This document shows positions 45,669-55,948 of a DNA stretch of 64,000 nt, piece by piece. Positions within the stretch are counted from its first letter, which is position 1; every line of letters begins with the position of its first letter. Below the pieces are notes generated by a model, which was not told the DNA's origin, did not search any database, and was given only the letters and a program-made list of their open reading frames with translations. Origin of the DNA: a virus (Duplodnaviria > Caudoviricetes); IMG/VR virus record IMGVR_UViG_3300042888_002988, positions 128,001-192,000 of that record; one strand, 5' to 3'. The translations under genes and the position numbers were made by a program.

Positions 45669-47120
45669 ATGGCTGCGCTGACCAAAGAAATGACCCAGTG
45701 GCTCTCGGACAACCGGGACACCTACGAGTTCTACCTGCTGCACTCGATGTTTCACGACCCGCTCATGCGGGCTTCGATGCTCGGAGTCCCGGTGACGACC
45801 GACGACTTCGGGCTGGAGGAGCACTCGCTGGCCATGGGTGCGCTGGTCAACGCCACCAAGATCTCGAACCACCTTGGCAAGCAAGTGCCGTGTCCGCCGA
45901 CCTACGAGTTCCTCCGGACCTACCTGGAGGTGGCTGCGCGAACGGAGAGCTCAGACGATGAGATCGTCGGCCGAGCCGTGAAGATCATCCGCGAGCTGCA
46001 GGACCCGGCGTTCACGGAGCAGCACTACTGCGTGAAGCCCTACTTCGAAGCTTGGTACAGTGGTAACCGCGCGAAGAAGGCGGCCAAGATGATCATGCGC
46101 TATCCGGTGCCGGACGTGCAGGGTCAGATCGGGGAGATGCAGCGGGCGCTCAACTCGGCATCCATGGCGGTATCCGACGGCGAGGACGACCCGATGGACA
46201 GCTTCCTCACCGGCCAGGAGCTGGTGCGGGTGCTCCGCCGGCCCTCAGGTATCGGCGAGTTCGACACCTGTCTGAACGGCGGCTGGGGCCGCGGGGAATG
46301 CTACCTGCTGTTCGGCGGCACCGGCTCGGGCAAGTCGATCGCCGCCGGGCAGTTCGCCTGGTGGGAAGCGTTCGCCAACGACGGCTGGCCGCTGATCGTG
46401 ACCACGGAGCTGATGCCTCGCGAGTATGCTGCCCGCACGGTGTCCAACGCGGCCGGCATTCCGATCAACATCATCCAGGACTGCGAGAACATCGAGCAGG
46501 TGCGCCAGGACGTGATGAACAACCCGGCGTCCATGTATCGGATCAAGAAGGTCGACGAGGTGCTGGCCAAGTTCTCCGAGCGGATTCGGATCCACAAGGT
46601 TTCGCCGGAGGACGGCATGAACCTGAAGGACCTGCTGGAGCGCGAGTGCATGCGCTACGAGGCCAAGATGGGACGGCGCCCCACGTGGATCTGCCTGGAT
46701 TGGCTGGGAAGCGTCGCCGACGTGAACGGTGCCGGCGGCAAGGGCGGCACTTCGGAGCGAGCCCTAGCATGGGAGATGTCGGCCAACAGCGGTGTGCGGT
46801 TCGCAGACGAGTCCGGGATCCCCACGCTGATCTTGGCGCAGGCGGTCAACGACGCGCAGCTCAAGCGCATCCTGACCATTGGTGACATCGGCATCTCGAA
46901 GGGCATCGGCAAGAACATGGTGCTGGCCGTCGGCGTCACCAACTCGATCGACAAGGCTGGCATTCTGGCCGCCGAACGAGGCAAGGCCGACATGCCCCGC
47001 AGCATGATTCTGGAGAACCAGTTCTTCTGCGTCTGCAAGGCCCGGAAGGGTGAGGGACTCAACATACCTGTGCGCCGGGAGTTCCGGTTCCAGAGATTCA
47101 CATCAGCGCAGAGAGACTAG
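45669..47120 (+). CDS. dnaB: Replicative DnaB-like helicase
   Basis: FGGTGSGKS, TTEL, CLDWL, LILAQ, CKARKG. Confidence 0.88.
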   Translation: MAALTKEMTQWLSDNRDTYEFYLLHSMFHDPLMRASMLGVPVTTDDFGLEEHSLAMGALVNATKISNHLGKQVPCPPTYEFLRTYLEVAARTESSDDEIVGRAVKIIRELQDPAFTEQHYCVKPYFEAWYSGNRAKKAAKMIMRYPVPDVQGQIGEMQRALNSASMAVSDGEDDPMDSFLTGQELVRVLRRPSGIGEFDTCLNGGWGRGECYLLFGGTGSGKSIAAGQFAWWEAFANDGWPLIVTTELMPREYAARTVSNAAGIPINIIQDCENIEQVRQDVMNNPASMYRIKKVDEVLAKFSERIRIHKVSPEDGMNLKDLLERECMRYEAKMGRRPTWICLDWLGSVADVNGAGGKGGTSERALAWEMSANSGVRFADESGIPTLILAQAVNDAQLKRILTIGDIGISKGIGKNMVLAVGVTNSIDKAGILAAERGKADMPRSMILENQFFCVCKARKGEGLNIPVRREFRFQRFTSAQRD

Positions 47121-47125
47121 CAGCC

Positions 47126-47608
47126 ATGGATAAGAAGGAAGGACGTCGCAAACCAGGGCGGCCCCTGCTCGACGTCACGGACTTTCCGCACGCCGACTGG
47201 AGCCAGTCAGTGGAGCAGCTTCAGCAAGAGCTGGGCATAGGGCAGCGCGCGGCCTGGCGGCTTCGTCAGGAGGCACGCTCGCTGATCAGGCTACATCATC
47301 CGGAAAAGTTCAAGCCAGCGCGCCCTGGTCGCCGTGGGTATACGGTTGCGGATTTTCCGGGGGTGGACTGGACGTTACCGACAAGCGCGCTGGCTCAGAT
47401 TACCGGGTTGAATCGGGTCATCGTCTACCGTCTACTCAGAGAAGCCGGGGTTGACCCCGGGTCCCGTAAACAGCAACGCCAACACCAATTTCGAAAAGTC
47501 GACAGTCAAACACCAACACCAATCTCGAAAAGTCGACAGTTAAACACCAACACCAATCTCGAAAACCCGGGAGTAAACCACCAAAACGGACAACGCCAAT
47601 CCCGGTAA
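47126..47608 (+). CDS. Protein with two HTH-like repeats; 3' end reads into the iteron repeats
   Basis: DFPHADWS...ELGIGQRAAWRLR and DFPGVDWT...ITGLNRVIVYRLLR. Confidence 0.6.
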   Translation: MDKKEGRRKPGRPLLDVTDFPHADWSQSVEQLQQELGIGQRAAWRLRQEARSLIRLHHPEKFKPARPGRRGYTVADFPGVDWTLPTSALAQITGLNRVIVYRLLREAGVDPGSRKQQRQHQFRKVDSQTPTPISKSRQLNTNTNLENPGVNHQNGQRQSR

Positions 47609-47843
47609 AACGTATGGTGTTTGATTGGTGTTGGTGGTTTTTTGTATTGATTTACAGTGAGTTACAAAAACACCAATCCGGAAAACCCATTTCCTATAGT
47701 AAGAAAAAAAGAATAGACGCGTGCGCGTAGTGTAGGAATTGACTTTTCCGGATTGGTGTTGCTATAAACCCATGGTAATCAACGGATTAAAAAAACCACC
47801 AACGAGCAACACCATACATTTCCGCAGATTGGTGTTGGTGTTT
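47479..47843. other. Putative replication origin (iterons plus AT-rich spacer)
   Basis: 34-bp direct repeats (47479, 47513, partial 47547); CACCAAT in both orientations; 17-bp inverted repeat 47669-47685/47744-47760 flanking an AT-rich tract; lies between dnaB and primase. Confidence 0.7.
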
Positions 47844-48149
47844 CCTATTCGACGTAGTTCCCGGGCCAACAACCGCAAAGCGAAGGCGCCGATCCTCGGG
47901 AGAAGATCGGCGCCCCGTTGGCTGTTTTGAGGTATCCCCGGTGAAACACCGCACAATGCGACTCGTGCTCCTCGCTGGCAACTTTACTCCGCTACGGGAG
48001 CAGCGTCAACCTATAAAACCAACGGTATTTCATTAAGTTGAACAAACCGATTGACGGTCGACAGCGCCGCCGCTACTCATCTTTTGTTGACCGCGCGGTT
48101 TGGCTGCCGCGTCGGATTCACCACGAACCAACTATCACAATGCGACAAC

Positions 48150-49940
48150 ATGAACCAAACTTCACATGAAGCCCGGGCGTCAATGCTATCGGAGCTGCTA
48201 CTCTATCATGCCTTCTTAGGGAGAGGTTATATCTCCCCATTTCCAGTCACTCGCGGTATCGTATTCTCGTCCGCGACACCGGCCGACGCGCTCAACAATG
48301 TGTTCAGCGTCGAGGCTTTGTTCCACCGCTTTCACGAGCAGGCCATAGCCGAAGACAGGCGAGCGCTTGAGCAAGCCGAGAATCAGCCCGAAGCCCTCGC
48401 GGTGGTCACCGGCATGACCAAGGCCAAGCTGAAGGAGATGAAGGAAAAACTATCCAGGCGGTCACACACTGTGTGGACGGAGGACAATACGTTGAAGTCC
48501 ACGATCGTCGAACTGCTGAAAAACCATTACTATGGGGCGTTCACCTACCTTGACGCCACCGGTTCCCGGTTGGCCGGTAGCCTGGCACACCCGTCCAAGC
48601 TATCAGCTGATCTTGGTTGGCGGTCGCTGCTGGAGGGCACTACCGACGCGACGTTCATTCGGGCCGGCTCAACGGGCGGCGCGCTCATCCACTCGCTCGC
48701 CGGTATGAATCCGATCTTCAACTACTACTCGCATTGCATGGAGCCACAGTTGGAAAAGCTCATCGAGAAGATCAGGAACTCGTCGCAGGGCCAGGTAGGC
48801 CTGGGCACCTCGGTTGTCATCCGCGGACGCCCCGGTATTTTTAGCGGCACGTCGGTCGATACGCTCTACTCGCTGGTCACGCGGGTGTTTGCGCTCGGTG
48901 ATCAGCCGGAGGCAAAACGGGTGCGCGTCCGCTTTGCCCCGGGTCTGGAACGTGCGTGGCATGAGTTTCTCAACTGGCACCTGGGTGACCTGCTGGGTGA
49001 TCCAGATCCGCCGGCATGGCAGGTGAAGCTTGCGCAGGGAGCGCCAACGTCTCCCCGCGTTTCGGTCCTGTTCGCGGCTCGGGCGGCCATGGTGAACGCG
49101 TTTCTGCAGGCAGCGGAAGCCAACCCCGCCGGACCGCTGCGCGAGATCGAGTTGGACGACCGCGCGCTCATGACTGCGCAGGAAATGGCGAAGTTCCTCT
49201 ACCGCACTTCCAGCAACCAGGAGAGCTATGAGAAGCGACTCAAGAACCTGAAAGATCCAAAGGAGGTATTCCTCACTCCGCACAAGCTGGACATCGCCCG
49301 CATCGCAATCATGGAAGCGATCGAGCGTGCACCGCTGCGGAGGCTGTCGCGCGAAAACGTCCGACGTGAAGTGATGGGGGCCACGCTGGGGCTGCTGGAC
49401 GAGCTGGTGAGGCTTGGCGAGATCAACGAGCTGTGCGGCACAGAAGAGTGTCAGATGGGTAAAACCACGCGCGCCTACACACTTCCCAAGTTTGCTCCGC
49501 CTGGCAACATGCAGGACGCGCTGGTGGAATACGAGGAGGCTGTCGCCGACTTCGCTGAACGCCCGGAAGCTTTTCCGGACAGCGATGCATTGATTGCGGC
49601 GCAAAGGCTGCGTGAGAAAGCGGCGATCATGCGTGCGGATCATTTCCTGCCGGTCGTGCCACTGTCTCGGATGTCCAAAGGTGAGATCCGTTCGCTGCCC
49701 AAGGTGCTGGCTATGTTCCCCAGCTCGTTCCTACTCCGCGGCGATGCCACCGACATTCCCGAGCCGAAGGATTTGCTGGATGACGCAGACACTCCGCTGG
49801 ACCGCGGCGGTATCAATCTATGGGTGCGCTACAAACCCGGCGGCGGTGACTTCACTGACTGGCATCGCGCCAAGCAGATGCAGTTGGCACAATACTGGGG
49901 CGAGGATGATGAACAAGCGCCGGGCGTCGTTCCGGCTTAA
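48150..49940 (+). CDS. Hypothetical replication-region protein
   Basis: ~596 aa directly downstream of the putative origin; no motif confidently recognised. Confidence 0.65.
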   Translation: MNQTSHEARASMLSELLLYHAFLGRGYISPFPVTRGIVFSSATPADALNNVFSVEALFHRFHEQAIAEDRRALEQAENQPEALAVVTGMTKAKLKEMKEKLSRRSHTVWTEDNTLKSTIVELLKNHYYGAFTYLDATGSRLAGSLAHPSKLSADLGWRSLLEGTTDATFIRAGSTGGALIHSLAGMNPIFNYYSHCMEPQLEKLIEKIRNSSQGQVGLGTSVVIRGRPGIFSGTSVDTLYSLVTRVFALGDQPEAKRVRVRFAPGLERAWHEFLNWHLGDLLGDPDPPAWQVKLAQGAPTSPRVSVLFAARAAMVNAFLQAAEANPAGPLREIELDDRALMTAQEMAKFLYRTSSNQESYEKRLKNLKDPKEVFLTPHKLDIARIAIMEAIERAPLRRLSRENVRREVMGATLGLLDELVRLGEINELCGTEECQMGKTTRAYTLPKFAPPGNMQDALVEYEEAVADFAERPEAFPDSDALIAAQRLREKAAIMRADHFLPVVPLSRMSKGEIRSLPKVLAMFPSSFLLRGDATDIPEPKDLLDDADTPLDRGGINLWVRYKPGGGDFTDWHRAKQMQLAQYWGEDDEQAPGVVPA

Positions 49941-49951
49941 CCAAACAGCAC

Positions 49952-50215
49952 ATGCACACTGATAGAAAATTGATTTCCCTGCACGGGGGACACTGGAACG
50001 GTATATCCATTGAGGACTCCGGAACCGTAGTCGTGAAGCTCGGAATCGCATCCGCTTACGAAGACACACCCAACGGTCGCCGGCCGCTGGTTGGCGCCAG
50101 GGTAGGTCATGCGATCTACGAGTTCGCCAGCCGGTATGCCCGGGATGAAGCGTTTTTCCTAAGCAACCACTGGGAAGGTATTTGTGAGGGCATACAGGAG
50201 GTCGGCGATGAGTGA
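49952..50215 (+). CDS. Small hypothetical protein
   Basis: 87 aa, A/C-rich leader. Confidence 0.5.
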   Translation: MHTDRKLISLHGGHWNGISIEDSGTVVVKLGIASAYEDTPNGRRPLVGARVGHAIYEFASRYARDEAFFLSNHWEGICEGIQEVGDE

Positions 50216-51680
50216 CGACATCCGCACCAATGACAGCGCCGCCCACGCACCGGATGAAGTCCGGCGCTGGGCCAAGCGCATCGTGGAAGCGCAGGGATGC
50301 CCTGCGATTCTGGCCAAGGAAGTGAGTGGCTACCACCTCTACATCCCGTGTCCGGAGTGCCTGGTCACCCACGGCCGCCGTGAGCTGGACGATCCCAAGT
50401 ATGCGATCAACCTGAGCGTGCTGGCCGGGCTCGGCGAGTATCGCGACGAAACCGAAGGTCAGGCGTGGCGTCCCAACCTGTTCGAGGATCGGGAAGAGAT
50501 GCGCAAGAAGAAGGAGTTCGGGGCCGGAGTGTGCATGCGCACCAGGTCGTCGAGAAAACCGCACCTGGTGCCGATGGCCGATATCATGACCATGGGCACC
50601 GTCACGGAGCGTCACCCAGACATCCAGACGCGGGCTGACATGCGCGGCGGCGCTGCCTCTGATAACGTCGAGGAGATGTGGGAGGAGGATCCCGTGTCCG
50701 GCAAGCTGTGCCCGCCTCCTCCTGGAGAGGTGGTACCACTGGGTAGCCTGCCACCGAAGCACCCGGCCATCCAGTATCTGGTGAACCGCGGCTACGACAT
50801 CGCGGCGCTGGAGGACCAGTTCAAGATGGCCTTCTGCGTCAAGGAATACCCCTACGGCCAGAAGAACATCTTCTACCGCAAGATGCCGGGCGGCTGGAAG
50901 GACTCGCCGCAGCATCGGATCGTGTTCTACTCGATGGTGGGCGGGATGCCATTGTCCTGGCAGGCCCGCGTGATCGAGAAGCTGTCCGAGGACGAGCTCA
51001 ACAAATACATGCTGCATCCTTACGCCGGCGGGTTCTATCGCGGTAAGGACACCAGCAGCATCCTGCGCTCGTTCAAGAAGTCGTTCAAGATGGGCAGCGA
51101 CGGTGACAAGGTCCAGCTGGTGTGGGACGACGGCCGCAGCGGTTACTGGCTACACGTGTGGAGCCACACCCACACCAGAGCTAACCCCAAGGCCGCGTGG
51201 TTGCCGATGGCGCCCTACGATGAGATCGGCGAGACCGGGACATTCAAGTTCCGCCCGTCGAAATATCGCACGGCGAAGTATTCCCACCGGCAGTTGATGG
51301 GCTGGGATGCGGCACAGAAACGAGCCGCCAAGGACGTCGAGGAGCTGCGCTGGTGCGTGTTGTGCGAGGGCCCGTTGGACGGCGGTCGAATCGGTGCCGG
51401 CGGACTCCCGGTGACCGGGTCGTCCATCAGCATGGAGAACGCTGCCAAGGTCGTCAGCAACTACCACCTGGTCTTCATGGCCTTCGACGATGACGTGGCC
51501 GGCCGCGAGGCTACCGCCAAGATCACGTCGATCCTGCGGTCTCCGCACCACAAGTCGTCGATCATGCTGGATCTCGTGTTCTTGCCGCTGCCGCAGGGCC
51601 GGGATCCAGGTGACCTGACGCCATTCGAATACTCCACGATCTTCAACCGAGCTTTGAAACGCGCCAAGCGCGACCACTAA
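50208..51680 (+). CDS. dnaG: DnaG-like primase
   Basis: N-terminal CPEC...C Zn motif; TOPRIM LCEGPLDG and FDDDVAG. Confidence 0.82.
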   Translation: MSDDIRTNDSAAHAPDEVRRWAKRIVEAQGCPAILAKEVSGYHLYIPCPECLVTHGRRELDDPKYAINLSVLAGLGEYRDETEGQAWRPNLFEDREEMRKKKEFGAGVCMRTRSSRKPHLVPMADIMTMGTVTERHPDIQTRADMRGGAASDNVEEMWEEDPVSGKLCPPPPGEVVPLGSLPPKHPAIQYLVNRGYDIAALEDQFKMAFCVKEYPYGQKNIFYRKMPGGWKDSPQHRIVFYSMVGGMPLSWQARVIEKLSEDELNKYMLHPYAGGFYRGKDTSSILRSFKKSFKMGSDGDKVQLVWDDGRSGYWLHVWSHTHTRANPKAAWLPMAPYDEIGETGTFKFRPSKYRTAKYSHRQLMGWDAAQKRAAKDVEELRWCVLCEGPLDGGRIGAGGLPVTGSSISMENAAKVVSNYHLVFMAFDDDVAGREATAKITSILRSPHHKSSIMLDLVFLPLPQGRDPGDLTPFEYSTIFNRALKRAKRDH

Positions 51681-51689
51681 ACTACCCAC

Positions 51690-52460
51690 ATGTACAGCCC
51701 ATTCAATAAACTGCACCCAGCCCCGCACGAAAACGGGAAACGCTTACACTTCAACGTCAAGAACGCGAAGCTGATCAAAACCCGCACGGCAGCCTTCTCC
51801 CTGCCCGCGGGTTACACTTGCCCCGGAGCGAATGAATGTCTCGCCTGGGCAGACCGAAACGAAAACCGTTTAATTGAGGGACCTAACTCTAAGCATCGCT
51901 GCTTTGCTGCGTCGCTGGAGATTGCGCGAAAGTCTGTTCGTGTCTCCGTCGATCGTAACTTAGCAGCGCTGCAACAAGCGCGGACTGTGGAAAGGATGGC
52001 GGACTTGATCGATATGAATCTGCCTGCCGTGTTCTTCCACCACATCCGAATTCACGCTGACGGTGACTTCTACAACCAGGAGTATTTCCTCGCCTGGCTG
52101 GAAGCTGCTCGACGCAACCCCAGGCGGTTGTTCTACGCCTACACCAAGAGCCTGCCGATCTGGATCAAGTTCAGGGCGGCACTCCCCGAGAACTTCGTAC
52201 TCACGGCTTCTTGGGGTGGCAAATGGGACCATCTCATCGAGCCCAACGGACTGCGCAGCGCACGTGTCGTCTATCACCCGGAGGAGGCTGAGCGCCTCGG
52301 ACTGGAGATTGACCACGATGACAGTTGTGCTCGATCGAAAGACGGCAAAGACTTCGCCCTGCTCCTGCACGGCGTACAAGCAAAGGGATCGGAAGCATCG
52401 GAAGCTCTCAAGCGGATGAAACGCGAGAAGATCAAATTCTCTTACAGCCAAGAGGCATAA
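51690..52460 (+). CDS. GP88-like protein
   Basis: FSLPAGYTCPGA..C...C, RIHADGDFYNQEY, FYAYTKS. Confidence 0.78.
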   Translation: MYSPFNKLHPAPHENGKRLHFNVKNAKLIKTRTAAFSLPAGYTCPGANECLAWADRNENRLIEGPNSKHRCFAASLEIARKSVRVSVDRNLAALQQARTVERMADLIDMNLPAVFFHHIRIHADGDFYNQEYFLAWLEAARRNPRRLFYAYTKSLPIWIKFRAALPENFVLTASWGGKWDHLIEPNGLRSARVVYHPEEAERLGLEIDHDDSCARSKDGKDFALLLHGVQAKGSEASEALKRMKREKIKFSYSQEA

Positions 52461-52485
52461 CCAAACACACGCAAACCAAACTGAT

Positions 52486-53202
52486 ATGAATACCACCTGC
52501 ATTCCCACTGACCACAAAGACATGATCAACCGCCTGTTCAAGGGCGGAGACAAGCTGCTGCCGCAAATCATCGATCACGATGTGACGCTGCTGCACGCTG
52601 CCATCGGCATCGCCGGCGAAGCCGCCGAGTTGGAGAAAGCCGTCCTGCCCATGAGGTTGGATATGGCCTACAAGATGGCGCCGATGAAGCGCATCAACGA
52701 CGGCGTCAAGCACTCCCAGTGGGATGGTTACGACGGGTTTTCCGGCGTGCCGGTCGAGAACATCACTGAAGAGCTCGGTGATCATTTGTTCTATGAGGGA
52801 GCGCTGCGTATCGCCACCGAGCTGGAGGAACTGCCGGACGAGTTTCGTCAGCCGAAGCTATGGACAGCCTCCAGCCCGTTATCGCGCGCCAACCAAGGGC
52901 AGCCGCGCAAGCTGGTGCTGTGCGAGCTGATCAGTCTGCACTCGGTAATCGCCGGGGACATTCTGGACGTCGTCAAGAAGCGTGTCATGTATCGCAAAGA
53001 GCTGGACCGTGATAAGCTGACTCACTTGCTGGTGGATGACTGCTGGGTTGTGCAGGGCATCGCCGACATCCTCGGCATCAGCGAGAACGACATTCGCACC
53101 CACAACTTGAATAAGCTCGAGCGCGGCGCCAACGCCCGCTACAAGGACGGCTACTCGGACCAGGCCGCCCAGGATCGCGCTGACAAGAAAGGAGAGGAAT
53201 GA
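52486..53202 (+). CDS. MazG-like NTP pyrophosphohydrolase
   Basis: LLHAAIGIAGEAAEL, EELGDHLFY, NLNKL..G...RY. Confidence 0.72.
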   Translation: MNTTCIPTDHKDMINRLFKGGDKLLPQIIDHDVTLLHAAIGIAGEAAELEKAVLPMRLDMAYKMAPMKRINDGVKHSQWDGYDGFSGVPVENITEELGDHLFYEGALRIATELEELPDEFRQPKLWTASSPLSRANQGQPRKLVLCELISLHSVIAGDILDVVKKRVMYRKELDRDKLTHLLVDDCWVVQGIADILGISENDIRTHNLNKLERGANARYKDGYSDQAAQDRADKKGEE

Positions 53203-54932
53203 TGGACTTGGAAGCATTCATGCGTGACATGCTGCAGAAGGACATCAGCCACATCGAAGGCGCGGCGCCGGTCAACCGTCGCAAACGTGCGAGCGTGGAG
53301 GAGCTGCAGGCCAGGCTGGCCTACTACCAGAAGAACAACCCCGACTTCGAAGTAACGGAGGAGCATCTGGAGATTCTGCAGGCCATCTTCAGTGAGCACC
53401 GCAACACGCTCATCACGGGCGGCGCTGGCGTCGGTAAGACATCCTTCGTGCGGACAGTGCTGATCCCGGAGCTGGATCACCGGAACATGCACTGGGCGGT
53501 TACAGCCACCACCGGCATCGCCGGCAGCCACCTAGACGGGAAGACGATGCACTCGTTCTTCGGCATCGGGCTCGGGCCTGACTGGCCGGAGCTCTACCCG
53601 CGCAAGATGTCCGAATACCTCGAAGACATCAGCCCCGGCGACCCAGTTCCGCGTCCGCAGGACATGAGCGTCGAGGAGCGCAACGCTTGGTATCGGATGT
53701 TCTACGATGTGTGGCTGAACGGCCCCAAGGTGAAGAAGGGGCAGCGCAGCGGTGTCATGGCCCGCCTCCGATCGCACGAGATCGTGCTGATCGATGAGGT
53801 GTCCATGATGCACGGCGACGCCATGCTAGGCTATCTGGACTTCATGCTGAAGGAAATCCGCGGCAGCTCCGCCCCTTTCGGCGGTCTGCAGCTGGTGTTT
53901 ATCGGCGACTTCGCCCAGCTGCCGCCGGTGGAAGAAGGCGGCGACCCTGACAAGGCCGACTGGGCATTCATGTCCAAGGCCTGGGATGAGGGCCGGGTAA
54001 AGTGCATTGAGCTGACCAAGGTGTTCCGCCAAGGTGACCAACGGTTCATCCGGTTCCTCAACAATATCCGCAGCGGGCAGCTGACACCAGACGATCGACA
54101 ATACGCCGCGACCTTCGTGCGGACGGACCTGACGCTGGAGGAGACCAAGCACTACACCTTCCTGGTGCCCACCAACGATCAGGCGCGGAGGATCAACCTC
54201 GCGTCGCTGGATCAATACGAAGGTCCGAACTTACCGCTGAACGCCGAGTTCTACGTCTACCCAGAACTGCAGAGGATGAAGGACTGGGAAGCTAGGGACA
54301 TTGGTAAGGTCAAGGAAGAATTGACCAAGGCAATGGGGAGGAGGCTGCTCGCTCCGCGTCACTTCGTGCGGATCGGCTACCCGGTCATGTTCACTGTCAA
54401 CGACCACTTGGAAGGTCAGTTTGTCAACGGCACCAGGGGGTTTGTGCGTGAGGTCAATATCAACCCTCGGTCGGACGAGGTCGGATGGGATGACACTGAC
54501 AATATCGTTGTCGGGATCCCAGGCCGCAAAGAGGGAGATCCGGAGCGCCTGGTGACACTCACGCGTTGGGCCTATAGCCGGGAGCGGGAGCAGGACTCAA
54601 AGGAGCAGGTTGCTGTGGGCACCGAGTGGAATGCCACGCCGGGCAACCCGAAGCTGCCGGAATACATCAGCATATATCCGACGGTGAAGCAGTTTCCTCT
54701 GATCCCGGCCGTGGCCATCACCATCCACAAGTCGCAAGGCATGTCGATGGACAGCGGCATTCTGGCACTGGCTCGCACGTTCGCGGCGGGGCATGTGTAT
54801 GTCGGCTTGTCGAGGTTGCGATCTCCGGAGGGCCTGGTGCTCACGGACCGTGATTTCGATGTGCGTGTGGATCCTATCGTTATGGAATTCTACAGCTCAA
54901 TAAGAGAATCAATATGCCTGACAGTGCCCTGA
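53199..54932 (+). CDS. Pif1/RecD-like SF1B helicase
   Basis: TGGAGVGKT, IDEVSM, GDFAQLPPV, VFRQ, TIHKSQG, YVGLSR. Confidence 0.93.
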   Translation: MMDLEAFMRDMLQKDISHIEGAAPVNRRKRASVEELQARLAYYQKNNPDFEVTEEHLEILQAIFSEHRNTLITGGAGVGKTSFVRTVLIPELDHRNMHWAVTATTGIAGSHLDGKTMHSFFGIGLGPDWPELYPRKMSEYLEDISPGDPVPRPQDMSVEERNAWYRMFYDVWLNGPKVKKGQRSGVMARLRSHEIVLIDEVSMMHGDAMLGYLDFMLKEIRGSSAPFGGLQLVFIGDFAQLPPVEEGGDPDKADWAFMSKAWDEGRVKCIELTKVFRQGDQRFIRFLNNIRSGQLTPDDRQYAATFVRTDLTLEETKHYTFLVPTNDQARRINLASLDQYEGPNLPLNAEFYVYPELQRMKDWEARDIGKVKEELTKAMGRRLLAPRHFVRIGYPVMFTVNDHLEGQFVNGTRGFVREVNINPRSDEVGWDDTDNIVVGIPGRKEGDPERLVTLTRWAYSREREQDSKEQVAVGTEWNATPGNPKLPEYISIYPTVKQFPLIPAVAITIHKSQGMSMDSGILALARTFAAGHVYVGLSRLRSPEGLVLTDRDFDVRVDPIVMEFYSSIRESICLTVP

Positions 54933-55948
54933 TAGATACGCTGCTGAAACACCGCGAGGCAATGGACTGTGACTTAGTCACATTGCCTCGCATGGCCTTC
55001 TGGAACAACTCGGTCAAAACGGCCGAGCAGAAGGCTCACATCATTGATCGCGCCCAGACCCTGCAGGCCGGGATCAACCGGCCCTTCGAGGACAAGCTGC
55101 TGCACGCCCGCAAGGTCATAAAGCAGTCCCTGGAGGTGGCCGGTGTCAACTGGGCGGTCAGCTACTCGGCGGGGCGGGACAGCACTGCGCTGTCCCACCT
55201 GATGACGGAGGAGATCGGTATCCGCCACGTTCCGCACATCATGAGCAACACCCGGATGGAATATCCGGAGACGCTACAGATGTTCAAGGTGTGGAAGCTG
55301 TGGCTTGCCGAGCGTGGCGTGGAGTGCCACCAGGTGTTCCCCGAGATGCGCCCCAAGGAATTGTGGCCGCTGATCGGTGTGCCTCTGTGGAGCAAGCAGA
55401 TCGCCTACAAGTATCGTAAGTTCGCGGCATCCAAGAGCGACAAAATTCCGGCCCACACGCCGGAGGACCTGCACGATCAGTTCCGTCAGGCGAAAGCCGC
55501 GGGACTGAAGATCACCGAGAAGTGCTGCGACTACCTCAAGAAGAAGCCCATGAAAAAGTGGGACAAGGAAAACAACGTCCAGGGTCATTTCACCGGCGTG
55601 CGCTGCTCCGAGTCACGCGCACGCCGGCTGGCCTGGATCACGTCGGGGGCGCTATATCAGGCGGTGCACCACGGCGGCCTGTGGATATCGAATCCGCTGG
55701 CGTTCTGGACTGACGCGGACGTGGCACGCTACCTCGACGAGAGGAAGATCCACGTCCTGCGCCCCGACACGCTGAGCGGCGGATCGGGGTGTGTGACCTG
55801 CATGTTCGGCTGCCGTAGCCGGGCGCAGGAAGGGACACCCAACGCCATGCAGGACCTGAAGACCAGGAACCCGAAGATGTGGCAGACCGCCCTGGATGAC
55901 TGGGGCTATCGCGAAGTGCTTGATCAATTAGGAATACCATATGAGTGA
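54914..55948 (+). CDS. PAPS-reductase-family (CysH-like, PP-loop) protein
   Basis: SYSAGRDS, CCDYLKKKP, GVRCSES..R, NPLAFWT, GCVTCMFG. Confidence 0.85.
   Translation: MPDSALIDTLLKHREAMDCDLVTLPRMAFWNNSVKTAEQKAHIIDRAQTLQAGINRPFEDKLLHARKVIKQSLEVAGVNWAVSYSAGRDSTALSHLMTEEIGIRHVPHIMSNTRMEYPETLQMFKVWKLWLAERGVECHQVFPEMRPKELWPLIGVPLWSKQIAYKYRKFAASKSDKIPAHTPEDLHDQFRQAKAAGLKITEKCCDYLKKKPMKKWDKENNVQGHFTGVRCSESRARRLAWITSGALYQAVHHGGLWISNPLAFWTDADVARYLDERKIHVLRPDTLSGGSGCVTCMFGCRSRAQEGTPNAMQDLKTRNPKMWQTALDDWGYREVLDQLGIPYE

Noticed and set aside
47479-47565. 34-bp direct repeats as a CRISPR array
   Set aside because: Units are contiguous with no unique spacers and the core also occurs inverted; fits iterons
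41222-55948. Complete type IV-B CRISPR-Cas locus (RAMP plus CysH)
   Set aside because: No csf1/csf3/cas11-like genes adjacent; the CysH-like gene is 13 kb away among replication genes
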